Program-made: the position numbers and the translations under genes
The notes under the pieces: model-generated
Seen by the model: the letters and a program-made list of their open reading frames with translations, nothing else
Told to the model about the DNA's origin: nothing
The model's database searches: none
DNA from: a virus
Lineage: Duplodnaviria; Caudoviricetes
IMG/VR virus record: IMGVR_UViG_3300024355_000623
Coordinates: 1 to 32,277 of that record
Direction: 5' to 3' (one strand)
Length of the DNA: 32,277 nt
Shown here: one piece after another, positions 18,007 to 26,498 of the stretch
How positions within the stretch are numbered: position 1 is the first letter of the stretch
Layout: every line of letters starts with the position of its first letter

Positions 18007-18508
18007 TGTTGCCTCCCATGTTTTCCCCGTCCGTGGGGATGGTATGCACCCGCACCTCAACGGTGGCGGGCTGGTCTTTGACTCTGGCTGTCAGGGCAGC
18101 CAGGCTGATTTGGCGCACGATGCGCGTGCTGTCATCCTCGATCAGGCCCAGTTGACAGAGAAGGTCCAGGATTGGCTTGGCGATGTTGTCCAAGTCGCGG
18201 TTGGTTCTCCAGCCTTTGCCTTCGGTGAGACGAATGTGAATGGCAACGGGTGGCAGTACGGTGCCCTGAAAGGGGATGGTGAGGGAGTGGCTTTCGATCC
18301 AGGCGAGGTATTTGGGGGCACGATGGACCCTACCCCTGGAGGATCTCCAGATGGCGTTGGCGGATGGTGGAGGATCCACGCAGATGGATGCGGAGTTGAT
18401 GGACGCGCTGGGTTCGATGACGTGAGCCCGGTTGGCTGTGGGGCGCCGGTTAGATATTCTCGTCTCCGAGGATACCGCAGTATATATGCAAATAGCCCGC
18501 AATATCAA
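17939..18508 (-). CDS. rusA: RusA-family Holliday junction resolvase (start uncertain)
   Basis: PPPSAN...RDLDNIAKPILDLL...IEDD catalytic motifs. Confidence 0.85.
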   Translation of the reverse strand: MILRAICIYTAVSSETRISNRRPTANRAHVIEPSASINSASICVDPPPSANAIWRSSRGRVHRAPKYLAWIESHSLTIPFQGTVLPPVAIHIRLTEGKGWRTNRDLDNIAKPILDLLCQLGLIEDDSTRIVRQISLAALTARVKDQPATVEVRVHTIPTDGENMGGNNGVRYDCQPPPGRTGQDPDETT

Positions 18509-18710
18509 CCAGATTATCGCGTTTGTGGGAGGCGGTCTCGCGGGCGAGTTTGAGGGCGATCATGCACAGGGCCACTTGTTGCGGCGTTATCTCCCTGCCC
18601 AGGAGGATACCCCACAGGGAGGAGATTTTGTCGAGGTTGTCGGCGGGATGGCCGTAGGATCGAGCCCGTTCGGCCACCAGGTGTTCGGCTTCGGTGAAGA
18701 TCGTGTTCAT
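18450..18710 (-). CDS. DUF6378-family phage protein
   Basis: ERARSYGHP...ISSLW...QVALCMIALKLAR...HKRDNLVDIAGY. Confidence 0.8.
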   Translation of the reverse strand: MNTIFTEAEHLVAERARSYGHPADNLDKISSLWGILLGREITPQQVALCMIALKLARETASHKRDNLVDIAGYLHIYCGILGDENI

Positions 18711-18817
18711 GCGGTTCCCCTGGGGTAATGGTAAAGTGCCTACCAATTACTAACCAATTACTAAAACTTTTACAAATTAGTAGTTGGCGGGATTTTGCTG
18801 GATTATAGTTGAAAGGA

Positions 18818-19309
18818 CTAATCCGGACGATGGGAGTGCACTCCTTCGTCGGGTTTAAGAAACGGGCCTTCAATATCTTGCGAATTTAATGATTCAACCA
18901 CTTTTTTCCCGAATTCCTTGATTTGTTTTTTTGAGACCAGGCAATTGTCATACGAGATCCTGTTGATTTCTGGAAGGACGCCATGTGCAAAGGGTATTCC
19001 AAAATAATCGTCAAGCTGGTCCGGTGTTGTTTTCAATTGCAAATCAGGAAACCCTGCGTCCAAAGCGATGGTTTTTAGAAAGTCGAATCTTAACAGGGCG
19101 ATTCGAAAGCGTTCTTCGGGCTGTTCCGGCCGATAAGCAGCCCATATTTTTGTGCGAAATCCGCCTTGGATGACGGAAAGTCCATCCTTGTCCTGGCTGG
19201 ATGGAAGGAAAGCCGCTGAGTGGAGGATTGGTGTTCGATTTGGTTCATAATAGATTGGGTTGCCGCCATTTTTTATTTGTCGATAAAGTGTTTGGCTTGC
19301 GTCTGTCAT
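18818..19309 (-). CDS. Putative toxin with ADP-ribosyltransferase-like motifs
   Basis: LYR...SAAFLP-x3-DKDGLSV...TPD...AHG pattern; last gene of the AT-richer three-gene cassette. Confidence 0.45.
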   Translation of the reverse strand: MTDASQTLYRQIKNGGNPIYYEPNRTPILHSAAFLPSSQDKDGLSVIQGGFRTKIWAAYRPEQPEERFRIALLRFDFLKTIALDAGFPDLQLKTTPDQLDDYFGIPFAHGVLPEINRISYDNCLVSKKQIKEFGKKVVESLNSQDIEGPFLKPDEGVHSHRPD

Positions 19310-19336
19310 AGTGCATTGATGGCTAAAAGATTGTGG

Positions 19337-19795
19337 TTAAGCCCAGACGGCCGCAAGGTTGTGTTCCTGGGGATACTTGGATACCGGTACGATTTTCAAA
19401 ACCTTTCCGTTCAGGTAGGATGTCCATTCCGCTTTGTCATTGTTGTAAAAAGTCAGTTCATAGAGGCGTTTGTCGCCATTTTTTAACCTGATTTGCCTTT
19501 CCATGATGATGCCCCCGTTTGGTTCCGGAATAATGCAGGTGGGGGGAAAGGCTGGAAACTGTTTTTTCAATTCAGCGGCCCACTCCATGGCTAATCGGAT
19601 TGCTTTTTTGTTGGGAGGGGTTTCCCCAAGCCCGCAAGGTTCATTCCATGCTTTCAACAAAGCATCAATGCACTTGCCCCATTCAGGATTTTCAAAAGTT
19701 TGTGATTCGGTTGCGATTCCATTTTGAGATGAAAAATCATCCTCGAATCGGCAAGTTTCATCCCAGGTGGAACTTTTGCTAGGTGATGTTATCAT
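19337..19795 (-). CDS. Hypothetical protein, middle gene of the TIGR04255 cassette
   Basis: 152 aa overlapping the upstream gene; W...PP...AI..A...P-x-IIPEPNGGI pattern. Confidence 0.6.
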   Translation of the reverse strand: MITSPSKSSTWDETCRFEDDFSSQNGIATESQTFENPEWGKCIDALLKAWNEPCGLGETPPNKKAIRLAMEWAAELKKQFPAFPPTCIIPEPNGGIIMERQIRLKNGDKRLYELTFYNNDKAEWTSYLNGKVLKIVPVSKYPQEHNLAAVWA

Positions 19796-20630
19796 TGCGT
19801 TTCCATTCTTGCTTTGCGGTGCCTGATGCTATTTTATCAAATGCGGCCACAATCCATTGGTGCCCAAATTCCATTTCGGCTTGTACTTTGTTCAGCGAGG
19901 GATTGGTGGGGTCGGAATTCGGTTCACAAGCACCCCTGGCGGTCAGGTTTAACAATAGCACTTCCTGGTTTGCTGCGTCATTGGATCGCCCTGGTCGGGG
20001 TTCGATATAGAGCCGGGCTGGTGGTTGGGTGGATTCCCAAACCCATTGGCCATGGCATCCCCGCAGGTCGGTTCCTGGCAAGGAGGCGATTTCACCACCC
20101 CACAATCCTGGAAAAATCGTTGGCCAATCCTGGGTGTTCTGCCAAAGACCGCCCCTTGGGATTCGGTTGACATAGGTAAGTTCCCAGAGGTGTGGCACTG
20201 GTAGGGGTAATTTTACCTCCTCAAGAAAGTTCAGCCACTTAATCCAGGTTTCCTCGAATTGGTTCCAAGTTTCTTTGAAACGGGGATAATCGTCGCTTCG
20301 TTTTCTCCAATTCACAACGAATCGGTTGCGTTGCACTTGCCACATCCACTGATCATCGGGACATGTCATTTGCAATCGGCAATCCGGTTCATTGGTCAAA
20401 GCCAATTGCAAGGAGGGTGGGATCCAGGGAAGTTCCGTGCCGAAGGATTCATTGGCCATGGGGATGGGTTGGGTGGTTTTAACGCCAGGCATGGAAGATT
20501 GGTGCTTGTACCAGAATGCGCCAAGATACGCCAAATTTATGCCTTTGGGTGGATCAAATTGAACCGAAATCGCCACTTCGACAATTGGGGGGGAATCAAA
20601 GGAAATCAAGGAATTATGCCGGGGATCCAA
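19779..20630 (-). CDS. TIGR04255-family protein
   Basis: PPIVEVAISVQF, QVQRNRFVVNWRK, YPRF and ELTYVNRI motifs; likely TTG start at 20630 after GGGAG (ORF track starts at 20651). Confidence 0.75.
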   Translation of the reverse strand: MDPRHNSLISFDSPPIVEVAISVQFDPPKGINLAYLGAFWYKHQSSMPGVKTTQPIPMANESFGTELPWIPPSLQLALTNEPDCRLQMTCPDDQWMWQVQRNRFVVNWRKRSDDYPRFKETWNQFEETWIKWLNFLEEVKLPLPVPHLWELTYVNRIPRGGLWQNTQDWPTIFPGLWGGEIASLPGTDLRGCHGQWVWESTQPPARLYIEPRPGRSNDAANQEVLLLNLTARGACEPNSDPTNPSLNKVQAEMEFGHQWIVAAFDKIASGTAKQEWKRNDNIT

Positions 20631-20742
20631 AGGACGCTCCCATTTTCCCAAATAATACTATACAAAATCGTACCCACCCAAAACCCGCATTGAACTATTG
20701 CTGGCCAAGAGGCGAGCCGGGTTTGTTCATGAAACTATCGGA

Positions 20743-21021
20743 CTATCCGGCACTTAGGTCAAGTCTAATTTTCCCGGCAAACTGGCCCGCGTAGCATTCC
20801 TCCCATTCGCGGATTTCCGCGCGGGCGGCCGCCAGTTCCTCTTGCAGCCTGCGGATCTCGCTGGTGGCTTTCAGGGATACATGGCGCAGGTGGTCGATTT
20901 CCGATTCATGGTGTTTCCTGTTTCTGTCCGACTGGTTGTGGCAGCGCACGCACTTCCCCCAAAACAGGGTGATTCCTCGCCGCTGGCACCCCTGACAGGG
21001 TTGCTTGATCCGGGTTCTCAT
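20743..21021 (-). CDS. Zinc-ribbon plus coiled-coil hypothetical protein
   Basis: CQGC...CVRC followed by a heptad region; ATGA overlap. Confidence 0.55.
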   Translation of the reverse strand: MRTRIKQPCQGCQRRGITLFWGKCVRCHNQSDRNRKHHESEIDHLRHVSLKATSEIRRLQEELAAARAEIREWEECYAGQFAGKIRLDLSAG

Positions 21022-21215
21022 GGTTGGGATCCCCTGGCCAGGGCAAACAGGTGGGCGGTGTCCTCCAGTTTTCCCGGGTTTTGCTCCCGGTGCACGGCAG
21101 CCCAGGACTGGGCAAAGGTCAGTTGCCTGCCGGATCCCTCCCTGGGCTGAAAGAAGAATTGACCGTTGAAGGCAAAATGGATGCCCGCGCCATTCTCATG
21201 CAAGACGATCAGCAT
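21018..21215 (-). CDS. Hypothetical protein
   Basis: 65 aa; overlapping start/stop with both neighbours; GGAG RBS. Confidence 0.55.
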   Translation of the reverse strand: MLIVLHENGAGIHFAFNGQFFFQPREGSGRQLTFAQSWAAVHREQNPGKLEDTAHLFALARGSQP

Positions 21216-21574
21216 GGTCCGTTCTCCTTGTGGTTTTCCCTGGCCTTGGCCTCGACGCGGTAGACGCGGGTCATGCGGGCGTGGCTTTTAGAGTCCCGCA
21301 TGCTGCGCCACTCGCCGGTCTCGGCCAGGTGTCCCTGGCGTTTCAGGGACAGGATGAGAGCTCCCCAGGCGTTGGCGTGGTGGGGTCGGATGTCCTCGCG
21401 CTCGCAGGCCAGGCGAAAATCCTCGCCCGTCCCCTCGCGGCCAGCCCAGACCCTCAGGATGCAATCCACGGCCTTGCGCTGGAACTCCTCGCCGGAGTTT
21501 TCCAGGACGATCCCGGTGGCGAGATCACGCATTGCCCTGCCAAGGTCGGGGTTGTGCATGGTGGTGTCGTTCAT
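21209..21574 (-). CDS. Hypothetical protein (winged-helix-like)
   Basis: Start MNDTTM at 21574 (ATGA overlap); PHHANAWGAL...SHAR...VY motif seen in phage early proteins. Confidence 0.6.
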   Translation of the reverse strand: MNDTTMHNPDLGRAMRDLATGIVLENSGEEFQRKAVDCILRVWAGREGTGEDFRLACEREDIRPHHANAWGALILSLKRQGHLAETGEWRSMRDSKSHARMTRVYRVEAKARENHKENGPC

Positions 21575-21762
21575 CGGGAGCCCTCCCCGGATCGTTCCCG
21601 GAGGTGGGCGTTTTTCATCTCTCCGTAGAGGTTTTCCCACTCCTGCAGGCGGTCCTTGAGGTCGGCATTCTGGGTGCGCAAGCGATCCACCTCAAGGGAA
21701 AGATTGCGTATTTTAGCCATGTAGAATCGCGGCGACCGCCGCGTGCTGTTTTTCTCAGCCAT
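21571..21762 (-). CDS. Coiled-coil hypothetical protein
   Basis: 63 aa; GGGAG RBS; heptad repeat. Confidence 0.55.
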   Translation of the reverse strand: MAEKNSTRRSPRFYMAKIRNLSLEVDRLRTQNADLKDRLQEWENLYGEMKNAHLRERSGEGSR

Positions 21763-21789
21763 GATAAGACTCCCTTCGTGTGGAAAGAA

Positions 21790-22224
21790 CTAGAACGGAA
21801 GATCATCCACCTCGGCCGGGGTGGGTTCCCTGTCCGGGGCGCTGTTGTAGTCGCGGATGCGTGGGTAGTTTTTGCCCTGGTAGGTCTCGTTGTAGGTGAG
21901 GACCTTGATCCGCAGTCCGAGCAGGTCGGCGCTGCCCTTTGGCTTGGCGCGGGTGGCCTCGCAGATGCGCTGCAAGGTTCCCCTGGCCTTGGCCATTGCA
22001 CTGACCGAGGGGTTGCGCAGGTTGAGACGGTCCACCAGTTGCATCCCGGTGTACTCGCCCTCGTCGATGGTGAAGGTCAGTTGCAGGTACTCGCCATCAC
22101 CGCGCTTGGTGGGTTTGGTCACCTCGGCGCTGATCCGGGCAACATACGCTCCCGGGGGGATGTCCTGAATCATGGCCCTGTCCTCCGTGTTTTGCCTGGC
22201 GAAATCCTCTCTGGTGAAATCCAT
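21790..22224 (-). CDS. DUF669-family single-stranded DNA-binding protein
   Basis: IPPGAY...GEYLQLTFTIDEGEYTG...DRLNL and an SSB-type acidic C-terminus DDLPF; start ATG 22224. Confidence 0.8.
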   Translation of the reverse strand: MDFTREDFARQNTEDRAMIQDIPPGAYVARISAEVTKPTKRGDGEYLQLTFTIDEGEYTGMQLVDRLNLRNPSVSAMAKARGTLQRICEATRAKPKGSADLLGLRIKVLTYNETYQGKNYPRIRDYNSAPDREPTPAEVDDLPF

Positions 22225-22226
22225 GG

Positions 22227-23084
22227 TCAATTTCCTTTCTTGGGGTTGGTTTGTCCCTGTTTGGGGGGTCGTCCGTTGCGGGAGAATTCCTTGTCCCAGC
22301 TCGTGCTGGAACGCTGTTCCTTCTGCCAGGGTCCTGCGCGCTCGAAGGCGTCCCGGGCCGCAGTGTGGTCGATTCCCTTTTTCGCGCCATCCCCAGGCAT
22401 GCTGGGCCGGGCAGGGGCCTCTTTGGATAGCATGCCCCAGCGCACCATGACCCGGTCCCTGAGGAGGTCGAAGTTGCTTTTGGCACTGCCAGCCGCCTCC
22501 ACCGCCTCGGTGCGCAGCAGGTCCGCCTCCGCGTCCAGGGTGCGTGCCGTTTCCACCTGGCGGCGCCAGAGGGGATTGCGGTGGGTGTATTCGGTGAGCC
22601 CCATCATCGCCTCGCCCCGGGCGTTGCGGGTGGCGTGAAACTGCCGGCCGGCCCAGCAGGTGCACCAGACCGCGCAGGTGCGCCGGGTCGTCCAGGTGCC
22701 TTGCGCCACGTCGCGCAAGAGTGGCACGGACACCGCCCCGGTCTCGCCGCAGTGCACGCAGGTTCCACGCTGGTCGTTTTCAGTGGCGTGTACGGGCTGG
22801 CGCAGAAGGTTCTGCTGGCGCAGGCTGTACAGGTGCGTCTGCAGCATGGCGAGGTGGTCCTCGCGCTTGTAGGTCTTTTCGGTGTGGCGGGCGATCTGGT
22901 CGGTGGCCTGCTGCAGCTCGGTGGCCTGGTAGCCGGACCTCTTGAAAAAGCCGATCCAGGTCGCCAGCATCGGGGCGTCGTTGGGACCTCCCCAGCCAAA
23001 CAAATTGCGGTGGTAGTTCGCCCACTCCAGCCACTCGCGCTGGTCTTCCGGCAGGGTGGCCACCGCGGTGTTATTTCCAGCCAT
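22227..23084 (-). CDS. Replication accessory protein (helicase-loader-like) with a Zn ribbon
   Basis: Follows the replication initiator; CVHC...WCTC; start MAGNNT at 23084. Confidence 0.5.
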   Translation of the reverse strand: MAGNNTAVATLPEDQREWLEWANYHRNLFGWGGPNDAPMLATWIGFFKRSGYQATELQQATDQIARHTEKTYKREDHLAMLQTHLYSLRQQNLLRQPVHATENDQRGTCVHCGETGAVSVPLLRDVAQGTWTTRRTCAVWCTCWAGRQFHATRNARGEAMMGLTEYTHRNPLWRRQVETARTLDAEADLLRTEAVEAAGSAKSNFDLLRDRVMVRWGMLSKEAPARPSMPGDGAKKGIDHTAARDAFERAGPWQKEQRSSTSWDKEFSRNGRPPKQGQTNPKKGN

Positions 23085-23958
23085 GGAATGCGATCTCCAA
23101 AGAACGTTTTTGGATCGGATCCTCGAGCATCGCGGCCATCGCGTCCTCGACCGTCGTGATGCGGTTTTGCGGGGCGTGCACCGGGCTTTCCAGCTCGCGC
23201 CGGCTGAACTGCCAAAGCTTCTCCGTGCGGTCCCGGGTGGGGCTGTCAATCGCGGCGCGGATGGTGTGGGGATTTTTCCCCACCCGCAATTTTTCGCGGA
23301 AAAAAACCAGCAGCTCGGGGTAGGTCTCGCCAGCGGGCACCCGCCAGCCAACCCCGGCCCGTGACGCTGTCCAGGCGTGGGCCAGCTCCCCCTCGGGGCT
23401 CAGGTCGGCCTCGGCCGGGATGAGGTCCATGCCCGGCTCCGGGTCGGAGGACTCCTCGACGGCTGCCTGGGTGGGGTCTGGATTTGGGATGGGTGGGGGC
23501 ATACCCCCCTTGGGGGTAGGGGGTGTATTTATGTCTTTATCTTTATCTCTCTCTATCTCTGGTAACGGGTTTGTCACACTTTTTTTGTGACAACTTTGTG
23601 ACACTTTCTTCTTGGCTTCCCGATGTTCTTTTTGACGTAACTGATCTTCGGCTCTTGCTTTAGCGCTCTGGCTCATGTGCTTGTCAAAGTTGATAACACG
23701 CAAAAAACCGCCTTCAAAAGTGATCCAGCCCACATCCATCATAGCTTCAGCAAAACGGTTTTGTCCGAGCACTTTATTTAGCATTTTGGGTGTGATATTT
23801 TCGACCTCACCATCAAGCAAATGCGTGTCGCACCACATCCAGAAGCGAATGCAAAGCCCAAAGGCATGATCCTGTGTTACCTTCAGCAACTCGGCAATGA
23901 CCAGCACCTCGGGTTTGCGCTGGGTGATTTTTTCCACCTTGATCCAATCGGCACTCAT
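23071..23958 (-). CDS. Phage replication initiator protein
   Basis: MSADWIKVEK...KPEV..IA..L...RFWMWCD...F..AMMDVGWI...NFDKH, then an ERDKDKD linker and a Pro-rich region. Confidence 0.7.
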   Translation of the reverse strand: MSADWIKVEKITQRKPEVLVIAELLKVTQDHAFGLCIRFWMWCDTHLLDGEVENITPKMLNKVLGQNRFAEAMMDVGWITFEGGFLRVINFDKHMSQSAKARAEDQLRQKEHREAKKKVSQSCHKKSVTNPLPEIERDKDKDINTPPTPKGGMPPPIPNPDPTQAAVEESSDPEPGMDLIPAEADLSPEGELAHAWTASRAGVGWRVPAGETYPELLVFFREKLRVGKNPHTIRAAIDSPTRDRTEKLWQFSRRELESPVHAPQNRITTVEDAMAAMLEDPIQKRSLEIAFHGWK

Positions 23959-24167
23959 GACTTGCCTCCCACCTGGTTCTGGTTGATCCAATCCTGAAGG
24001 GCGGTCGTAGAATAACGCACCGTCACCTTTTTGCTGGTGCTGCCCAGGCGCACGCAGGGAATGACCCCGTCATGGGTCATCTGCCACAGGGTCCGCGTGC
24101 TGATGGCCAAAACGGCGGCCGCCTCCCGCGATGTCAACAACATCCTGGGATGGTTCGGTTCATGCAT
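23955..24167 (-). CDS. HTH_17/excisionase-like DNA-binding protein
   Basis: LLTSREAAAVLAISTRTLW...IPCVRLG...VRYS...LQDWI. Confidence 0.85.
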   Translation of the reverse strand: MHEPNHPRMLLTSREAAAVLAISTRTLWQMTHDGVIPCVRLGSTSKKVTVRYSTTALQDWINQNQVGGKS

Positions 24168-24594
24168 GGTGCACCCCCATTGCAATGGGCAACCCCTCAA
24201 CGCTATCCAAAACGCCGCAATTCTCCAAACTGGCCGCCATCTTTTTGGCAGACCATTCCGCCTCCAGGCTGCCCAGCAGTTTCCAGAAGCTAATAACCGC
24301 CTCCTGGTAGTCCGTCACATCCTCATCCGCGGGGTCGCGCAGGTCCAGGAATCCGCTCATGGTCTGGGCATGCTGTGCGGCCTCGTAGAGGCGCCTTCCG
24401 GCGTCCGTGACCCGAAAAGCTCCCAGGGTCAAATAAATGTCCCTTAGGGTGGGCAATGGGTTGGGTGCGCTCCATCCGTCGCCAGCGTGATTCTGGGACA
24501 GATAGACCACGCCACCCTCAACCCACACCCGCATGGCAACCTCATAGGTGTAGTGCCAGCCCTGCCGCCAGGAAAAGTTGACGAGATCACACAT
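24160..24594 (-). CDS. Hypothetical protein
   Basis: 144 aa; overlaps both neighbours; GGAGG RBS. Confidence 0.6.
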   Translation of the reverse strand: MCDLVNFSWRQGWHYTYEVAMRVWVEGGVVYLSQNHAGDGWSAPNPLPTLRDIYLTLGAFRVTDAGRRLYEAAQHAQTMSGFLDLRDPADEDVTDYQEAVISFWKLLGSLEAEWSAKKMAASLENCGVLDSVEGLPIAMGVHHA

Positions 24595-25453
24595 GGGCGT
24601 TTTCCTCCTCAGGCTGGTATTCCGCGCTGGCTGACTCCAGGCTCGCCACCACCTCTGCCGCCTGCAATCGGGTCAACTGTTTGGGCGAATGGATCCCGTA
24701 GCGGCTTTTGATCGCCTCCCCCCACTTTTTCTTTTCCGCCGTGCTATACTCCATCACCCGCAACAAGTGGTTCATAAGCGCCAACTGCGCCTCACTCACC
24801 ATCTCCTCCGGAGCTGCCCCAGAAGCCGTATCCGGGGCTGGGAACCCCTCCAGGTGAGCCTCAGGCACTGTCGTAGATGCCGACTTCGCCGTGGTAATTT
24901 CCGCCTGCTCCATCTCCTCCTGGGTGTACAGGCCGGAAAGATCGGCAGGGAACGCCTTGCGCAGGGCGGCCGCTTCGGCACACTTGGCCAGCATGACGTG
25001 CGGCATGCGATCCCACAAAGGACCCGGGAAAGAAGGCCGATATTCGCTCATCAGAGCCGAGGCCGTGAAGGAACAGCAGACCCCCTGCACCAGCTTGCCC
25101 ACCGTCACCGTCGCCCGCATCACCCGCCCATGGTCGTCGTATTGGTAGACAGCGTCGGAATTCCCGGCGTAACGGCCGGTGCGGTCAGCAATCAAACGGT
25201 ACCCGTCAATCCCGGTCTGGATCACCATCCGGGCCCCTCCAGGCGCCTTTTTGTCCGGGCGCCTGATCGCGTAAATCTGCCGGGAAAAGGGATCCAATCC
25301 CGTGCGCTCGCAGACTCCGATGAACAGGGCCAGCTCCGCATCCGTGCACTCCCTGGCAATCTGCGTCTTGATCAGGTCAATCTGGCTGGCATTGAACACC
25401 AGCTTCTCCGCCACTGCCCCGGCACCAGTGGTCGTTATTACATTTGCGGACAT
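24587..25453 (-). CDS. bet: Phage single-strand annealing recombinase Bet (RecT/Red-beta family)
   Basis: GLDPFSRQIYAI...QTGIDGYRLIADRTG...WDRMPHVMLAKCAEAAALRKAFP..LSGLYTQEEM. Confidence 0.92.
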   Translation of the reverse strand: MSANVITTTGAGAVAEKLVFNASQIDLIKTQIARECTDAELALFIGVCERTGLDPFSRQIYAIRRPDKKAPGGARMVIQTGIDGYRLIADRTGRYAGNSDAVYQYDDHGRVMRATVTVGKLVQGVCCSFTASALMSEYRPSFPGPLWDRMPHVMLAKCAEAAALRKAFPADLSGLYTQEEMEQAEITTAKSASTTVPEAHLEGFPAPDTASGAAPEEMVSEAQLALMNHLLRVMEYSTAEKKKWGEAIKSRYGIHSPKQLTRLQAAEVVASLESASAEYQPEEENAHV

Positions 25454-25659
25454 TGCATTGCTCCTTGTAGTAGTTGCTCCCTGAAAATCCCCACTTCCTT
25501 CGGGCCATCGAACACCAGGCTCACCTGGTTGCGGTCATACGACTGCACCCCCACCCACACACTGTGATCTCCCAACTGGATGAGGACCCGGTCCCCCAGC
25601 TTCACGCTCAGCACCAGCCCCTTGAGTTTCCGGCGATTCATGTCAGCCTGTCGTTTCAT
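25438..25659 (-). CDS. csrA: CsrA/RsmA-like RNA-binding regulator (copy 1)
   Basis: LVLSVKLGDRVLI...V..V...NQVSLVFDGPKEVGIFREQL aligns by eye to the CsrA consensus; GGAGG RBS. Confidence 0.75.
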   Translation of the reverse strand: MKRQADMNRRKLKGLVLSVKLGDRVLIQLGDHSVWVGVQSYDRNQVSLVFDGPKEVGIFREQLLQGAMQCPQM

Positions 25660-25675
25660 GTCAGCCTCCTGCCTT

Positions 25676-25720
25676 AAAAAACCCCCGGGTCGAAGCACAC
25701 GCCCCGCAACCCCGGGGGCC
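25676..25720 (-). terminator. Rho-independent terminator
   Basis: CCCCCGGG...CCCGGGGG stem with an inner hairpin, followed by a U6 tract on the minus strand. Confidence 0.7.
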
Positions 25721-25733
25721 CCTCAAACATGGT

Positions 25734-26120
25734 TCAAAATGTCTCCGGCAGTGGGTGGCTGCCTGCGTCCACCGCCCCGGCAATGGCCTCCTCGTGACTG
25801 GGTGCGTACGCCCAAGTCGAGCCGTTCCAGTAGCGCCACTCAAACGAAATGGATTTGATGATGATTTCCACCCGGGTCAGCCGGATGGTAATTGCCTCCA
25901 GTTGGAGGATGACCTCATAGCCGCCAATGGCGCCCCAGGTGCCGTGCGAGCGGATGCAGGAATGCATCCAAGACGGGATCTGGCTCAAACAATCCGCTAA
26001 AGCCTCCTGCCGCTGCCGTTCGCGGTATGCCTGGCGTTCCGCCTCGCGCTGGCGGGCCACGGCGCAAGCCTCTCGGATCAGGTCGTCTAGGGTGCGTTGT
26101 TTGGTAGCTTCCAAAATCAT
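25734..26120 (-). CDS. Hypothetical protein, first gene of the leftward early operon
   Basis: 128 aa; AGGAG RBS; adjacent to the AT-rich divergent promoter region. Confidence 0.65.
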   Translation of the reverse strand: MILEATKQRTLDDLIREACAVARQREAERQAYRERQRQEALADCLSQIPSWMHSCIRSHGTWGAIGGYEVILQLEAITIRLTRVEIIIKSISFEWRYWNGSTWAYAPSHEEAIAGAVDAGSHPLPETF

Positions 26121-26139
26121 GATGGGTCTCCTTGGGGTT

Positions 26140-26280
26140 GATAATCAAACTCTAATCTATATTAATGTGTTAACAAGTTATTTTAAATACTATTTTTAAT
26201 ATTAATTAGTTAATTTGTAACCTATAATGTGTAATATTAACTGTATAAAGGATTTGCGTCTTGCTAAAAAAAAGGGAGAA
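26140..26280. promoter_or_regulatory. Divergent AT-rich promoter/operator region
   Basis: Very AT-rich; TATAAT at 26223-26228; ATATTAA at 26159, 26199 and 26234. Confidence 0.6.
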
Positions 26281-26286
26281 ATTAAA

Positions 26287-26484
26287 ATGAGTACTATGGC
26301 GCGACCGAAAAAACCAAATCACGAAAGCATTCAAGTCGGTTGGCGGATTGACGGGAAAGATAAGCATCTGCTTGATCTTCTGGACGATTTTGCCAGCCAG
26401 CACCGCTATTCCAGAAACACTGTGGTTACCATTGCGGTCGAAAAGTTTTTGACCGAATGGAAGAAGCAACACAAGCAGTCCTAA
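26287..26484 (+). CDS. Ribbon-helix-helix (Arc/CopG-like) regulator
   Basis: MARPKK...IQVGWRID...LLDLLDDFASQHRYSRNTVVTIAVEKFL; GGGAG RBS. Confidence 0.75.
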   Translation: MSTMARPKKPNHESIQVGWRIDGKDKHLLDLLDDFASQHRYSRNTVVTIAVEKFLTEWKKQHKQS

Positions 26485-26498
26485 ATCAGGGCGTCGAA

